From IMG/VR virus record IMGVR_UViG_3300037067_018877, positions 5,958 through 69,957 of that record: a stretch of DNA of 64,000 nucleotides; one strand, written 5' to 3'. Source of the DNA: a virus (lineage: Duplodnaviria > Caudoviricetes). Each line of letters begins with the position of its first letter. The first letter of the stretch is position 1. Of this stretch, positions 43,790-53,259 are shown in pieces. The notes under the pieces were generated by a model. The model worked only from the letters and a program-made list of their open reading frames with translations, was not told the DNA's origin and made no database searches. Made by a program: the position numbers and the translations under genes.

Positions 43790-44440
43790 TCAATGAGGTC
43801 CATTCGGTCCTGCCGCCATCAGCTCGCAGATCCGCTCGTACTCCTCGGGCGTGTTGAGGCTCAGGAACTCGCCCGCCGGCGGCGTCAGATCGACGCAGCG
43901 CTTGTGGCGTCGAATCCACGTGGTCACATGCTCGTGTTCATCCGGCCCGGCCTTCTCATGCGCCTCGGCCAGGGCCTCGAACGTGAAGACCTCGACGTCG
44001 GCGCCGTCTTTGTTGTTGTAGCCGTAGTCCGCCTCGCTACCCAGGAACTCCTCGACCGCGGCGTCGATGATCGGGCCGGTGATCATCGGGCAGTCGGCGG
44101 TCAGGCGGACGATGACGTCGAGGACCCCCAGAGAAACCGTGAAGTACTCTTGTAGCGGGTCACGCAATCCCTCATGCAGATGAGGGTACGCCCACAACAA
44201 CTTCGTCAAACTCCCTCGGGCAAAGACGTAGTTGTAGATTGCCACATCAGGCGTCGTCACCCACACAGCACCCACCCGTTTTGCGTTGAGGGCAGCGTCG
44301 AGTACACAGTCCAACACAGTACAGTGGCCATGCACTCTCCGAAAGACCTTGTGGCACAGCCTGGTCGAGTCCAGCCTCGCCTGGATGATGCAGCCGACCC
44401 GCGGCGTTCGTCCCCCGTCAATCCGGTCAACAGGGTCCAT
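43790..44440 (-). CDS. SpsF/PseF-like cytidylyltransferase
   Basis: IIQARLDSTRL..KV; IVRLTADCP; G.DVEVFTF..L; EHVT. Confidence 0.88.
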   Translation of the reverse strand: MDPVDRIDGGRTPRVGCIIQARLDSTRLCHKVFRRVHGHCTVLDCVLDAALNAKRVGAVWVTTPDVAIYNYVFARGSLTKLLWAYPHLHEGLRDPLQEYFTVSLGVLDVIVRLTADCPMITGPIIDAAVEEFLGSEADYGYNNKDGADVEVFTFEALAEAHEKAGPDEHEHVTTWIRRHKRCVDLTPPAGEFLSLNTPEEYERICELMAAGPNGPH

Positions 44441-44792
44441 CCGTCACTCCTTTGGGTTGCCGGAGCTGAATATCCATCGCGCCGGCGACGATGTGGACGC
44501 ATTCCGCGCAGCTAATATCCACCGGCACGTTGACCCTGCCTCGAAGGAGCGTCCTTCCGCTTCGACGGGCATCGTAGAGGCCGAATTCGGTGATACGCCC
44601 CCAATCGCTGTCCGTCGAGCCGAAGACGATGTCGACGGTGTTTACCAGGTGCACCCCTCCGCCCGGGGTCAAGGCGAGGCGAAATCCGCTCAGCGGCATG
44701 GCGACGCGGGCGTAGTCGGGGGCGTCGATCTCGCTTCCGTCCTCTCGAAAGAGAGCGACGAAACAGAACTGTGCGGAGGGTTTTGCCATCAT
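44427..44792 (-). CDS. phage structural/fibre-associated protein
   Basis: NTVDIVF...DWGRITEFGLYDA..SG..LL.G pattern. Confidence 0.65.
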   Translation of the reverse strand: MMAKPSAQFCFVALFREDGSEIDAPDYARVAMPLSGFRLALTPGGGVHLVNTVDIVFGSTDSDWGRITEFGLYDARRSGRTLLRGRVNVPVDISCAECVHIVAGAMDIQLRQPKGVTDGPC

Positions 44793-44977
44793 GTCTCCTT
44801 GATCGCCAGGATCCTGTCCATGCAGGCCTTGCAGGCATCGTAGGTTTTGGTTTCGTCCTCGCCGCTGGGGCCAACGATCCTGCGGATCACCGTTCCATCC
44901 AGCTCTGCGTAGCCCGTCACTGCGACGACGTCGCTGATGAGTCCCCCGCAGAAATCGCATGTCTTTTGTGTAGCCAT
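44789..44977 (-). CDS. small Zn-finger protein
   Basis: TCDFCG...DACKAC. Confidence 0.6.
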   Translation of the reverse strand: MATQKTCDFCGGLISDVVAVTGYAELDGTVIRRIVGPSGEDETKTYDACKACMDRILAIKET

Positions 44978-44980
44978 CCG

Positions 44981-45565
44981 TCACTCCACCCGCGTATAGC
45001 CGTCTTCGAACGCCTTCGCCGGGCTGAAGCTTTGGTAGCGTTCGAACCACTGTGGATCAAGTTCATTCAGGACTCTCAGCGCGATTGCGCGTCGCTGATT
45101 CCGCGACTGATCGGCTCTTGTGGACCACCGGCAGTTTCCCGATTCGTAGTTCCCGAACGGGTCTATTCGGTCGAGAGTCATCCCCGCAGGGCGCAGGCCC
45201 ATATCGGAGAGGAAGTTCTCGAAGCCTTCCCGCCAGCGATCGCATACGCAGATTCCGCGTGCGCCGTAGCGCAGGTAGGACTGTTGGCGTGGATTGTAGC
45301 AGCGCGTCAGCATCGCCCTGTAGGACTGGTACGTCGACGAGTAGCACATGCCGTGAGTCCTGCTGGCAACGAGAGCGACTTCCCGCCGGAAGCACCCGCA
45401 CGATGTGGTCGTCCCTCTGCGTAGGTTCTTGCCGAACACGGAGCAGAATCGACCGCATTGGCATTCGCAACGCCACAAAGCATGGCCGTTTCTGCTACCG
45501 TCCGAGCCCACGACGATCAGGCGACCGAATGGCAGGCCCAAGAGATCTATTCGAATGCTTTTCAT
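44981..45565 (-). CDS. free-standing HNH homing-type endonuclease
   Basis: GRLIV...WRCECQCG...SCGC; Y.AMLTRCYNP...YGARGI.VCDRW; TLDRIDPFGNYESGNCRWST. Confidence 0.92.
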   Translation of the reverse strand: MKSIRIDLLGLPFGRLIVVGSDGSRNGHALWRCECQCGRFCSVFGKNLRRGTTTSCGCFRREVALVASRTHGMCYSSTYQSYRAMLTRCYNPRQQSYLRYGARGICVCDRWREGFENFLSDMGLRPAGMTLDRIDPFGNYESGNCRWSTRADQSRNQRRAIALRVLNELDPQWFERYQSFSPAKAFEDGYTRVE

Positions 45566-45849
45566 ACACGGGAGTAACCTGATTCGAAAGACACGGCAGT
45601 CGCATACGTTGCGATCGAACCATCCAAGACCCAGTAGCCGCCCGGCTGGGGGCCGTGTTTGAACATGAACGACGCATCGACGCGGATCGGGGCATAGCCA
45701 TCCTCCTCGAACGTCAGGATCGCCGGCAAAACCACCGGATCCCCGGGCCCGTCCTGGCGGCAGACGTCCTTGATCTTGAGCGCGCAGACTTCCTTGTGGC
45801 ACTTGTACCGCGGAAGATCCTTCATCGGTTTGTTCTCTTGTTCGTCCAT
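45562..45849 (-). CDS. phage hypothetical protein
   Basis: LPRYKCHKEVCALKI...PQPGGYWV...FESGYSRV. Confidence 0.75.
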   Translation of the reverse strand: MDEQENKPMKDLPRYKCHKEVCALKIKDVCRQDGPGDPVVLPAILTFEEDGYAPIRVDASFMFKHGPQPGGYWVLDGSIATYATAVSFESGYSRV

Positions 45850-45966
45850 CGTTTTTCCTTTCTCTGTGTTCTCTGTGGCAAGAAACTCTTTCCGAGGGGC
45901 CGACATGTCCGTCAGGCACTTGGCCCCGGGAGTACATGGTATACCGGTTTCGCTGCTAGGTAGGCA

Positions 45967-48303
45967 TTACGCCTGAAACATGCGAGCGGCACAAAAAGGG
46001 CAGCAGATCGAGCCCTTGGGCCGCAGCTTCGCCGGATCGATCCCGACGGTCTTGGCGACCTGGGCCAGGTACTCCTCCGTCCAGAAGACGAACGTCTGGT
46101 GGCAGACGCCGCAAACCGCCTTCTTGAGAAAGTCCCCTTCCGCCCGCTGGACGGTCAACTGCCTGTAGTCGTGGGGACTCCGCGGCCAGTTATAGGCGAA
46201 CCGGCCCATCAGTTGCGTGATCAGGGCGACGGCCCGATCCGTCCCGTGCCCGTCGATCCTGCCGTAACGGCCTTCCTCCAGCTCTGTGATCGTGGCGGGA
46301 TTGGCATTGGAACCCTTGAACCAGACCCGGATCATCTCCGCCAGATCCTCGGGACTCTTGGCCATCGGCGAGACCCGCGAGATGGCCGACTCCCCCACCC
46401 CCCACCAGCTCGCGGAACCCTCGGCGTTGACGTCGCCGTACTGGTACGCGGGGATGTCGAGCAGGTGAGCCGAGACCGCCGCGGTGGAGCCGGCGTGGAT
46501 CAAGGCGTCGCAGTTCGGCAGGAGGTCCAGCATCGGATTCTCGGCGTCGATCGGAATCCCCAGTTCCTTGGCCAGCGTCTGGTAGGGCGCCGCCCCCACG
46601 CCCGGATGGACCGTCATCAGGAGGTTCCAGGTACCCTTCAGGAGGGGGACGATCGCTCGGATCATGGCCAGGTGCCTGTCGCGGCCGGCGGCGTCCCTCT
46701 GGGCGGCCAGGATCTCGTCGGTCCCCAGGTCCGGCGAGGAGTCGGCGAAGCCCCAGGGCGAGGAGATCAGGAGCGTCGGTTTCTCGATGTCGAGCTTGTA
46801 CTTGGTGCAGAATTCAGGCCGGTGGGTCAGTCTGGCTTTGAGTTGCTCGTCGAAGTAGATGTCCAGTCCGATCGCCCCGACGGCCACGGCCTTGAAGGGC
46901 ACGCCCCGGCGATTCAAGATGTCGGCCTCGTCCTGGGACCAGACCAGTTCGAGGTCGACCAGGTAGGGGAAGGCCCCGAGGATCTCGGTCCGCGACTGCG
47001 GCGGCATCTTCTTCCAGTCCTGCCAGGAGCACGAGGGCTCGGTGTGCCTCGTGACGACCGCGCAGCCGAATCGCTTCAATTCCGCGACGAAGTCCCTGCT
47101 GTTCGGATTGCGGATCGGGGGCACCAGGCAGATGTCCGGCTTGAACTGGAGGACCTTCTCCCTGCCGCCCCGCTGGCAGGGCGAGACCTCGACCTCGTGG
47201 CCCAGGGCCCGCAGCTTCTCCGCAATGAGGTTGTCGATGTGCTTATCCCGCACGGGCGAAGCCGAGAGGATCAGGATCTTTCGGGCCGAGACCTCCTGGG
47301 CCGGCACGAAGATCACATCGTCATAACTCTCGCCGGACGACTCGACGGGCTCCAAGGCCGCCTTCTCGCGATCGTAGATCGCGCCGGGGTCGCTGGTTCC
47401 GTGCGGATCCGCCCTCCGACGGGAGACATGCCAGTCCTTGTGCATCCTCGGCAGGACTACGGCGACAGTTCGGGCCTCGCGCTCTTTCGCGATGGCCAGC
47501 CAGGGGGCCCGGCGTTCTTTTGTGATATTGCCCACGTCCACGACGACGTCGTAACCGGCCTTCAGGGCCTGGCGCATCGTGGCGCACATGGACTCGGTGA
47601 TCAGGTCGTCCAGCTCCACCCGATATTCGTACTGACCCGGCAGCATGGACCGGAACCCGTCCCCGCTGACGACCAGGGCCCGCCGGTGCCTGGCGACGAA
47701 CTTCCTCGCCCAGCCGCTTTTGCCAGAGCCCATCAGACCCTGCAGGATAAAGACGGTCGGCCCGTCGATATGCCGAAACGCCCGATCCCAGGAAGAAAGT
47801 GACTCGTGGCCCGTGGCTCGTGGCTCGGGCTCGCCCGTCAATGGGGTCAATCCGGACCATTCGGTCCCCGCCGTCCACGCCACTCCTTTCGCCAAGATCC
47901 CCCGCTCGTGAAGCTCCCGCCAGATCTCGCGAGCCTTGTCCAAAAACGCCAGTTCGTCATCGTCGTCCCGGTCCAGCTCGCGGACCAGAATGGGCGAGCC
48001 CTCGGGCGTTCGGGCCGAGGCCATGACGAAGACCTGGTCTCCGCAGTCGTAGGCCCCGCACTCGGGGGGGCGCTGGCCACGGTCCAGCCGGCAGCCGCGG
48101 GCGGGGTCCCAAAAGCCCGTCGGCTCGGTCCAGAGCTTCTGGACCTCCGGCGGCGCCGCGTCCCGGAAGGCCCGGCGGCTCTTGCCGCAGCCCGTGCAGC
48201 AGTACCAGGGCTTGAGGAATCGCGGGCAGCGGCCCAGGCAGTCGGAGGGGTGACTCGTGTCTCGTCGCTCGTCGCTTGGGGTCTTATCGGTCAATTCGGT
48301 CAT
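45967..48303 (-). CDS. fusion: Cys-rich domain + AAA_33/PNK-like P-loop kinase + surface-carbohydrate biosynthesis (GT-B-like) domain
   Basis: ILQGLMGSGKS Walker A, VVVDVGN; C-terminal half with VAVGAIGLD, TVHPG, LIHAGST. Confidence 0.7.
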   Translation of the reverse strand: MTELTDKTPSDERRDTSHPSDCLGRCPRFLKPWYCCTGCGKSRRAFRDAAPPEVQKLWTEPTGFWDPARGCRLDRGQRPPECGAYDCGDQVFVMASARTPEGSPILVRELDRDDDDELAFLDKAREIWRELHERGILAKGVAWTAGTEWSGLTPLTGEPEPRATGHESLSSWDRAFRHIDGPTVFILQGLMGSGKSGWARKFVARHRRALVVSGDGFRSMLPGQYEYRVELDDLITESMCATMRQALKAGYDVVVDVGNITKERRAPWLAIAKEREARTVAVVLPRMHKDWHVSRRRADPHGTSDPGAIYDREKAALEPVESSGESYDDVIFVPAQEVSARKILILSASPVRDKHIDNLIAEKLRALGHEVEVSPCQRGGREKVLQFKPDICLVPPIRNPNSRDFVAELKRFGCAVVTRHTEPSCSWQDWKKMPPQSRTEILGAFPYLVDLELVWSQDEADILNRRGVPFKAVAVGAIGLDIYFDEQLKARLTHRPEFCTKYKLDIEKPTLLISSPWGFADSSPDLGTDEILAAQRDAAGRDRHLAMIRAIVPLLKGTWNLLMTVHPGVGAAPYQTLAKELGIPIDAENPMLDLLPNCDALIHAGSTAAVSAHLLDIPAYQYGDVNAEGSASWWGVGESAISRVSPMAKSPEDLAEMIRVWFKGSNANPATITELEEGRYGRIDGHGTDRAVALITQLMGRFAYNWPRSPHDYRQLTVQRAEGDFLKKAVCGVCHQTFVFWTEEYLAQVAKTVGIDPAKLRPKGSICCPFCAARMFQA

Positions 48304-48337
48304 CTGAGTCCTTTCGTCATTCTTCCACAAAAGTCGC

Positions 48338-48407
48338 TTGTCTTGTCCCGTCTTGTCACGTCGGGTCTGGTCGTGTCATGTCCAGTCCCGTCCAGTCCGG
48401 TCCGGTC
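48338..48407. repeat. 14 tandem NNGTC pentamers
   Basis: invariant GTC every 5 bp; intergenic. Confidence 0.85.
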
Positions 48408-48433
48408 GGGGCGTGCAGGTCCTGTCAATCCGG

Positions 48434-49309
48434 TCAATCAGGTCCTTTCGTCAGCAAGAGTCTCGTCTTCGTCACGCCGCCAAAGCCCCGCTTATAGGCG
48501 GCGATGTTGATCTTCTTCGCATCGGGGCCGGCATAGACCTGCTCCCCCATCTCGACGTTCCAGACGCCGAGGCTCTTGAGCTTCATCAACGCCGCCCAGA
48601 GGCAGGCGTGTCCGTTCTCGCCGGCGGCCGCGGCGTAGTAGGCCCAGCGGGGCCCGTAGTAGAACATGACAGCCGCACGCTCGCCGTCGGCGAAGCACAC
48701 GGTCTGCATCCGCTCCTGGATCTTCCACGAGGCGTCCGATCTCGTCACGCCTCGATATTTCAGGTGGATGGCCCGCATGTCCGCGACGGTGCAATCCCAG
48801 ACGTCCGCCTGTTTATTGACAAGGGAATGGTAGCTCTTGCGGAGGCCCCGGCGGAGGACCGACTCGGCCAGCGTGACGTCGAGCACCTGCGTATAGACGG
48901 GCGTCGCCACGTAGCAACGCTTCAGGAGGGAACAATGATCCGGCGAGAACTCCTTGTAGCCGTTGGCCAGAAGAAAGCGGCTGATCGGGGACAGCTCGCC
49001 GTCCTCCAGGTAGTCCAGGTAGGTGATGTCGTTCGTGGTCTGAATCCATTGACTCAGTTGCACCTTCTGGAACTCGGCCGATCCGAAACAGACCGCCGGA
49101 CGCCAGAATCCCGTGATCCTGTGATCCTTCACCGCGGCGATAGAGACGCCGGCGTGCCCTGCGGCGGGCAAAAAACGATAGGCGGCCGTGGTGGAGCTGG
49201 AGCCGTCCGAGCTGTCGCAGATCGATCGATACGGCCCGCTCATTTCCTGGGCGTACTCGATGTCGAGATCCGTGTAGAGAGCCGTGTGCTGTTCAAGAAG
49301 ATTGGCCAT
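48434..49309 (-). CDS. FemAB/GNAT-like acyltransferase
   Basis: LRRGLRKSYHSLVNK; YYAAAA...HACLWAALMKLKSLG...VEMG...KRGFGG. Confidence 0.75.
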   Translation of the reverse strand: MANLLEQHTALYTDLDIEYAQEMSGPYRSICDSSDGSSSTTAAYRFLPAAGHAGVSIAAVKDHRITGFWRPAVCFGSAEFQKVQLSQWIQTTNDITYLDYLEDGELSPISRFLLANGYKEFSPDHCSLLKRCYVATPVYTQVLDVTLAESVLRRGLRKSYHSLVNKQADVWDCTVADMRAIHLKYRGVTRSDASWKIQERMQTVCFADGERAAVMFYYGPRWAYYAAAAGENGHACLWAALMKLKSLGVWNVEMGEQVYAGPDAKKINIAAYKRGFGGVTKTRLLLTKGPD

Positions 49310-49850
49310 GGACCTGCCTCCAGCAGTCGCCGTCGATCGAGAAGTACAGCGAGTCCCAGAACTGGCCGGCCCAGAACTTGCGATTGGGGAGGCGCGTGAT
49401 GTAGCCGCCAAAGCCCTCGGTGATCTTCAGCCAGAACTCGTGAGCATCGTTGCAATAGTAGCACTCTCCGAAGATCGTCTTGAGGCCCATCCTGTCGAAG
49501 CCCTCGGCGAGGAGCAGATCGACCGCCTGTTCGCCCAGGCCCTTGCTGCGCACGGCCGGCGAGAGGATCAGGGAGATCTCCGCGATGCGGTTCTCCCACT
49601 GGATATACGTCAGGCCGCCCATGCCGCAGAAGTACAACCCATCGTGCGGCTCTGCGGGGGCGTTTGGAAGCCACTCCGCACAGACTCCCCAGTACCGGTG
49701 CGGCGAACTGCGGTTCTGGACGACATCGTAAAAGAACCGGCTCTGTTCCTCCGGGGTCAGGGGATAGGGGGTCCTCAAGCTCTCCAAACACTGATTCCGC
49801 CAGATCCGAACGATCTGGCACTGGTCTTCCGTCAAGATCTCCAGTCGCAT
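49293..49850 (-). CDS. GNAT N-acetyltransferase (RimJ/PseH-like)
   Basis: VRIWRN...GMGGLTYIQWENRIAEISLIL...RSKGLG...GF. Confidence 0.85.
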   Translation of the reverse strand: MRLEILTEDQCQIVRIWRNQCLESLRTPYPLTPEEQSRFFYDVVQNRSSPHRYWGVCAEWLPNAPAEPHDGLYFCGMGGLTYIQWENRIAEISLILSPAVRSKGLGEQAVDLLLAEGFDRMGLKTIFGECYYCNDAHEFWLKITEGFGGYITRLPNRKFWAGQFWDSLYFSIDGDCWRQVHGQSS

Positions 49851-49906
49851 CCGTCGTCTCCTTATGCCGCTCCATCCCAATCCACGGGCTCGCGGCTGCC
49901 GTCTTT

Positions 49907-50098
49907 TCATCGCATCCGCTCGACGATCTTCAACGCCTCGCGGAGGATCGTCGGGCGGGACCGTGCGCTGGTGCCGCTCAATGCTTCCAGGAGCAACTCG
50001 GACAATCGCTGCTTATCGGTTCGCTCGTCTGTCTTGATCTTGGTCTCTGTCTCACTCATCTCTGTGCCCTCTGTGGCAGAATCATTTTTTTTTGTCAT
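49907..50098 (-). CDS. small hypothetical protein
   Basis: gap-filling coupled ORF. Confidence 0.45.
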   Translation of the reverse strand: MTKKNDSATEGTEMSETETKIKTDERTDKQRLSELLLEALSGTSARSRPTILREALKIVERMR

Positions 50099-51338
50099 GC
50101 ACCGTCAGCCGAAACGTCGCCTGGGCGCAGCGGCCCTCAAGCTTCTTTTCCGGGTGGTCCCAGTTCTTGGCCACGACGTCCATCGCCTGGCGCATCGCGA
50201 TCTCCGTGGCGTCCAGCTCCGCCGCCCCGTGGGCGTAGGAGACAAACTGGGCGTAGCCGAACCAGACTCCGTTGCGAAGGCACTCCTGCCAGAAGAGGCT
50301 CTTGTGCTCCTCCGTGGGAAACTCGAAGAACGTCCGGCACGGCACGCCCTTGAGCTTGACCTTGCTCGACAGGCCCTCTTTGTCCACGATCTCCTCGAAC
50401 CGGGCCTTGAAGTGGACCCCGTAGTCGCCGATCGCCGTCACGACGCCCAGCTCCTGGACCCAGCGGATCGTCGCCAGGGCCATGCGGCAGGCCAGGGGAT
50501 TGGCCGCGAACGTCGAGGAGACGAAGCAGAACTGGGAGAGGACCTGCATCAGGTCCCTCTTGCCCGAGACGACGCCCATCGGCACGACGCCGTTGGTGAT
50601 GCACTTGCCCATGCAGGTCAGGTCCGGCGTCACGCCGAAGAGTTTTTGGGCCGTCAGCATGGGCGTTCGCAAGGCCGTGACGACCTCGTCGAAGATCAGG
50701 ACCGCCCCGGCTCTATCGCACAGGGCCCGGACGCGCTTCAGGAAGTTGTTCCTAGGCAGCTCGAAGACGTAGGGCTCCAGAATCACCGCCGCCACGGGCT
50801 CGCCCTCCTGCAAGAGCCTCTCCAGACTCGCTGGGTCGTTGTAGACGAACGACTGGATCTGATTCTTTTCGTCCGCCGTGCAGCCGTCGTTGTGAGGACA
50901 CTGGGCCGTGTACCAGGGGGCCCAGCCGTGGTAGCCGCAGCAGAGGATCCGCTCGCGGCCCGTATACGCCCGGGCGATCTTGATCGCCGCCAGGCAGGCC
51001 TCCGTGCCCGTATTGACGAACCGGGCCATCTCGGCGGACGGGACCAGCTCGGCAAGGACCTCGGCCAGCCGGCCCTCGTCGTCGTGCGGGCAGGACAGAG
51101 GGGTCCCGGCGTCGTAGGCCCGAATGAACTCCTCGCGGATCCGCGGGTCCCCGTAGCCCAGGATCACGGCGCCCAGCCCCAGCGTGTAGTCGACGTACTC
51201 CTTGCCGCCGGCGGTGCACCGGGCGCCCCGGGCCCCTTCCCACTCCGTCGGATGAAACCCCGCGACGTAGCGGCTCGCCATCTTGCTCATTGTCGAACAG
51301 CCGTCCGGGATCAATTCGCATCTTCGTTTCCAGTCCAT
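50082..51338 (-). CDS. class III PLP aminotransferase (GSA-aminomutase-like, sugar-modifying)
   Basis: YVDYTLGLGAVILGY; FVNTGTEA; LIFDEVVT; PDLTCMGK. Confidence 0.9.
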   Translation of the reverse strand: MDWKRRCELIPDGCSTMSKMASRYVAGFHPTEWEGARGARCTAGGKEYVDYTLGLGAVILGYGDPRIREEFIRAYDAGTPLSCPHDDEGRLAEVLAELVPSAEMARFVNTGTEACLAAIKIARAYTGRERILCCGYHGWAPWYTAQCPHNDGCTADEKNQIQSFVYNDPASLERLLQEGEPVAAVILEPYVFELPRNNFLKRVRALCDRAGAVLIFDEVVTALRTPMLTAQKLFGVTPDLTCMGKCITNGVVPMGVVSGKRDLMQVLSQFCFVSSTFAANPLACRMALATIRWVQELGVVTAIGDYGVHFKARFEEIVDKEGLSSKVKLKGVPCRTFFEFPTEEHKSLFWQECLRNGVWFGYAQFVSYAHGAAELDATEIAMRQAMDVVAKNWDHPEKKLEGRCAQATFRLTVHDKKK

Positions 51339-51392
51339 CTACAATTCCTTCCCTTCGTTACTATGGTCAATACGGTCAATGGGGTTCCTCTT

Positions 51393-52028
51393 CTACCAGA
51401 GCCGCGGATCGATGACGTTGGGGTCCTCCACGGCGAACGATCCCAGCCGATGGAAGAACCGCAGGTCCTCGCGGAGCTGCTCTTCGGAATCGACGCCGAC
51501 GATCACCTTGTCCACGTTCGGATTCAAGAGGCAAAACAGGATGCACAAGGTTCCCACCGGCATGCCCATCTCGCCGGCGTACTTTCGGAAGCGGACGAAC
51601 ACGGGCTCGTCCGACGAGAAGACCTTGCCCTGGCAGAAGCAGGAACGGACATGAATTTCCTCTGGAAAGTTCCTCCGCCATCTCCACATCGGCTCGATCG
51701 AAAAAACATCTTCCCACCGCCTGTCGAAGGGGCTGTAAGGTATCTGGAGAGTCTGGCAGCTCAATTTGATCTTTGCGTACTCAGAAGGATCATATACCGA
51801 GTAGGTCGGCGGCTTGTCCGATTCTACGATCCGAAATGCGCTGTTCACCCACGACAGGTCCACGCCGTAGGCCTTTTTCGTGTGGATCGTGTCGATCCCG
51901 GCGGATTGGCAATAAGCCAGGATCTTCTCTTGTTCAGGCCGCGGGCAGATCACGCCCCGATGGCCGTAGGGCTTGTGCTCGTTCCAGTTCGCGACCCCGA
52001 TCGCGATGCGGCTAAAAACAGAGTCCAT
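51393..52028 (-). CDS. aldo/keto reductase-like protein (short)
   Basis: GIDTIHT..AYG; LQIPYSPFDRR; IHVRSCFCQG; VIVGVDS.EQL. Confidence 0.8.
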   Translation of the reverse strand: MDSVFSRIAIGVANWNEHKPYGHRGVICPRPEQEKILAYCQSAGIDTIHTKKAYGVDLSWVNSAFRIVESDKPPTYSVYDPSEYAKIKLSCQTLQIPYSPFDRRWEDVFSIEPMWRWRRNFPEEIHVRSCFCQGKVFSSDEPVFVRFRKYAGEMGMPVGTLCILFCLLNPNVDKVIVGVDSEEQLREDLRFFHRLGSFAVEDPNVIDPRLW

Positions 52029-52104
52029 AAGAGATCTCCTTTGTCAATCGCCATCAAAATCAAAGATGCGATGCACCAGAACAGGTATCCCCAGGCAGCG
52101 CCGC

Positions 52105-53013
52105 TCATAGCCCCACCTTCCTCCTCAGCTCCTGGGCCGTCAGCCACAGATCGTTCCTGTCGCTGTAATATCCGTGCTCGAATCCCGGCACGCGCTCGTC
52201 CGGCGAGACCAGGCACTCGTGGAGCTTCTCCCCCGGCCGCATCCCGACGATCTTGAACGTGCACTCCGGATCGATCGCCCGCGCCACGTCCACGATCTTC
52301 ATCGAGGCGATTCTCGGAATCCCGATCTTGACTCGGCCGCTCACGACCGTCGCCACGACGGTCTCGGCGGCCTCCGGCAGCGTGATCCAGAAGCGGGTCA
52401 TGGCCTCGTCGGTGATCGGGAACTCGTGAATGCCCTGGGCTCGCAAGCTCAGGAACGTCTCGATGACCGAGCCCCGACTGGCCAGGACGTTTCCGTAGCG
52501 GACCACCTTGAACTCGGTCCTGTTGAAGGCATTGGCGGCCAGGAAGAGCTTCTCCGCAGCCAGTTTTGTGGCGCCGTAGAGGTTGACAGGCGCCACCGCT
52601 TTGTCTGTCGAGATGACAATCGCTCGCACAACCCCGCGGGCCAGGCAGGCCTGCACGACATTCATCGACCCGACGACGTTGGTCTTGATCGTCTCGGTGG
52701 GGTTGTACTCGCACAGGTCGATGTGCTTGAGGGCCGCGGCGTGGATGCAAATGTGCACGCCGTTCATGGCCTCGTAGAGCCGGCCGGGGTCTCGAACGTC
52801 CCCCAGAATGAAACGCAACTCCGGGATCTGCTCGCCGAGTTGCTGCTGCATCTGCTGCTGTTTGCACTCGTCCCGCGAAAAGACGATGATCTTGCGGGGC
52901 TTGTGGCTCAGGTGCAGGGCCGAGACGAGGGTCGCACCGAGCGAGCCCGTGCCGCCGGTGATCAGGATGATGGCTCCATCGAACGAGGATCGGGGTTGGG
53001 GTTGGTCAGACAT
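52105..53013 (-). CDS. pseB: UDP-N-acetylglucosamine 4,6-dehydratase (inverting)
   Basis: ITGGTGSLG, FSRDE.KQ, GDVRD, HAAALKH, STDKAV.PVNLYGATK, VRYGNV..SRGSV, MTRFWIT. Confidence 0.92.
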   Translation of the reverse strand: MSDQPQPRSSFDGAIILITGGTGSLGATLVSALHLSHKPRKIIVFSRDECKQQQMQQQLGEQIPELRFILGDVRDPGRLYEAMNGVHICIHAAALKHIDLCEYNPTETIKTNVVGSMNVVQACLARGVVRAIVISTDKAVAPVNLYGATKLAAEKLFLAANAFNRTEFKVVRYGNVLASRGSVIETFLSLRAQGIHEFPITDEAMTRFWITLPEAAETVVATVVSGRVKIGIPRIASMKIVDVARAIDPECTFKIVGMRPGEKLHECLVSPDERVPGFEHGYYSDRNDLWLTAQELRRKVGL

Positions 53014-53037
53014 GGTTGATTACACTCCTTCAGAATG

Positions 53038-53259
53038 TCATGATGAGCCGATTCGGCACCAGACCAGTTCGTCCTTCTTCGCATTGTGCAAGGCATAGGC
53101 GAAATAGTCCCCTGCCGACGCGGCTGGATCGACGCTCAGATAATACTTCTGTGCGTCATTGAGCCTCACGGGAATCGGTTTCTCCGCTGGCAGAAACGGC
53201 CTCGCCACGCAGGCGACCGCAGAACCGAGAGCCGCCTTGAGGAAATCACGTCGATTCAT
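53038..53259 (-). CDS. small protein with twin-arginine-like N-terminus
   Basis: MNRRDFLKAALG. Confidence 0.5.
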   Translation of the reverse strand: MNRRDFLKAALGSAVACVARPFLPAEKPIPVRLNDAQKYYLSVDPAASAGDYFAYALHNAKKDELVWCRIGSS

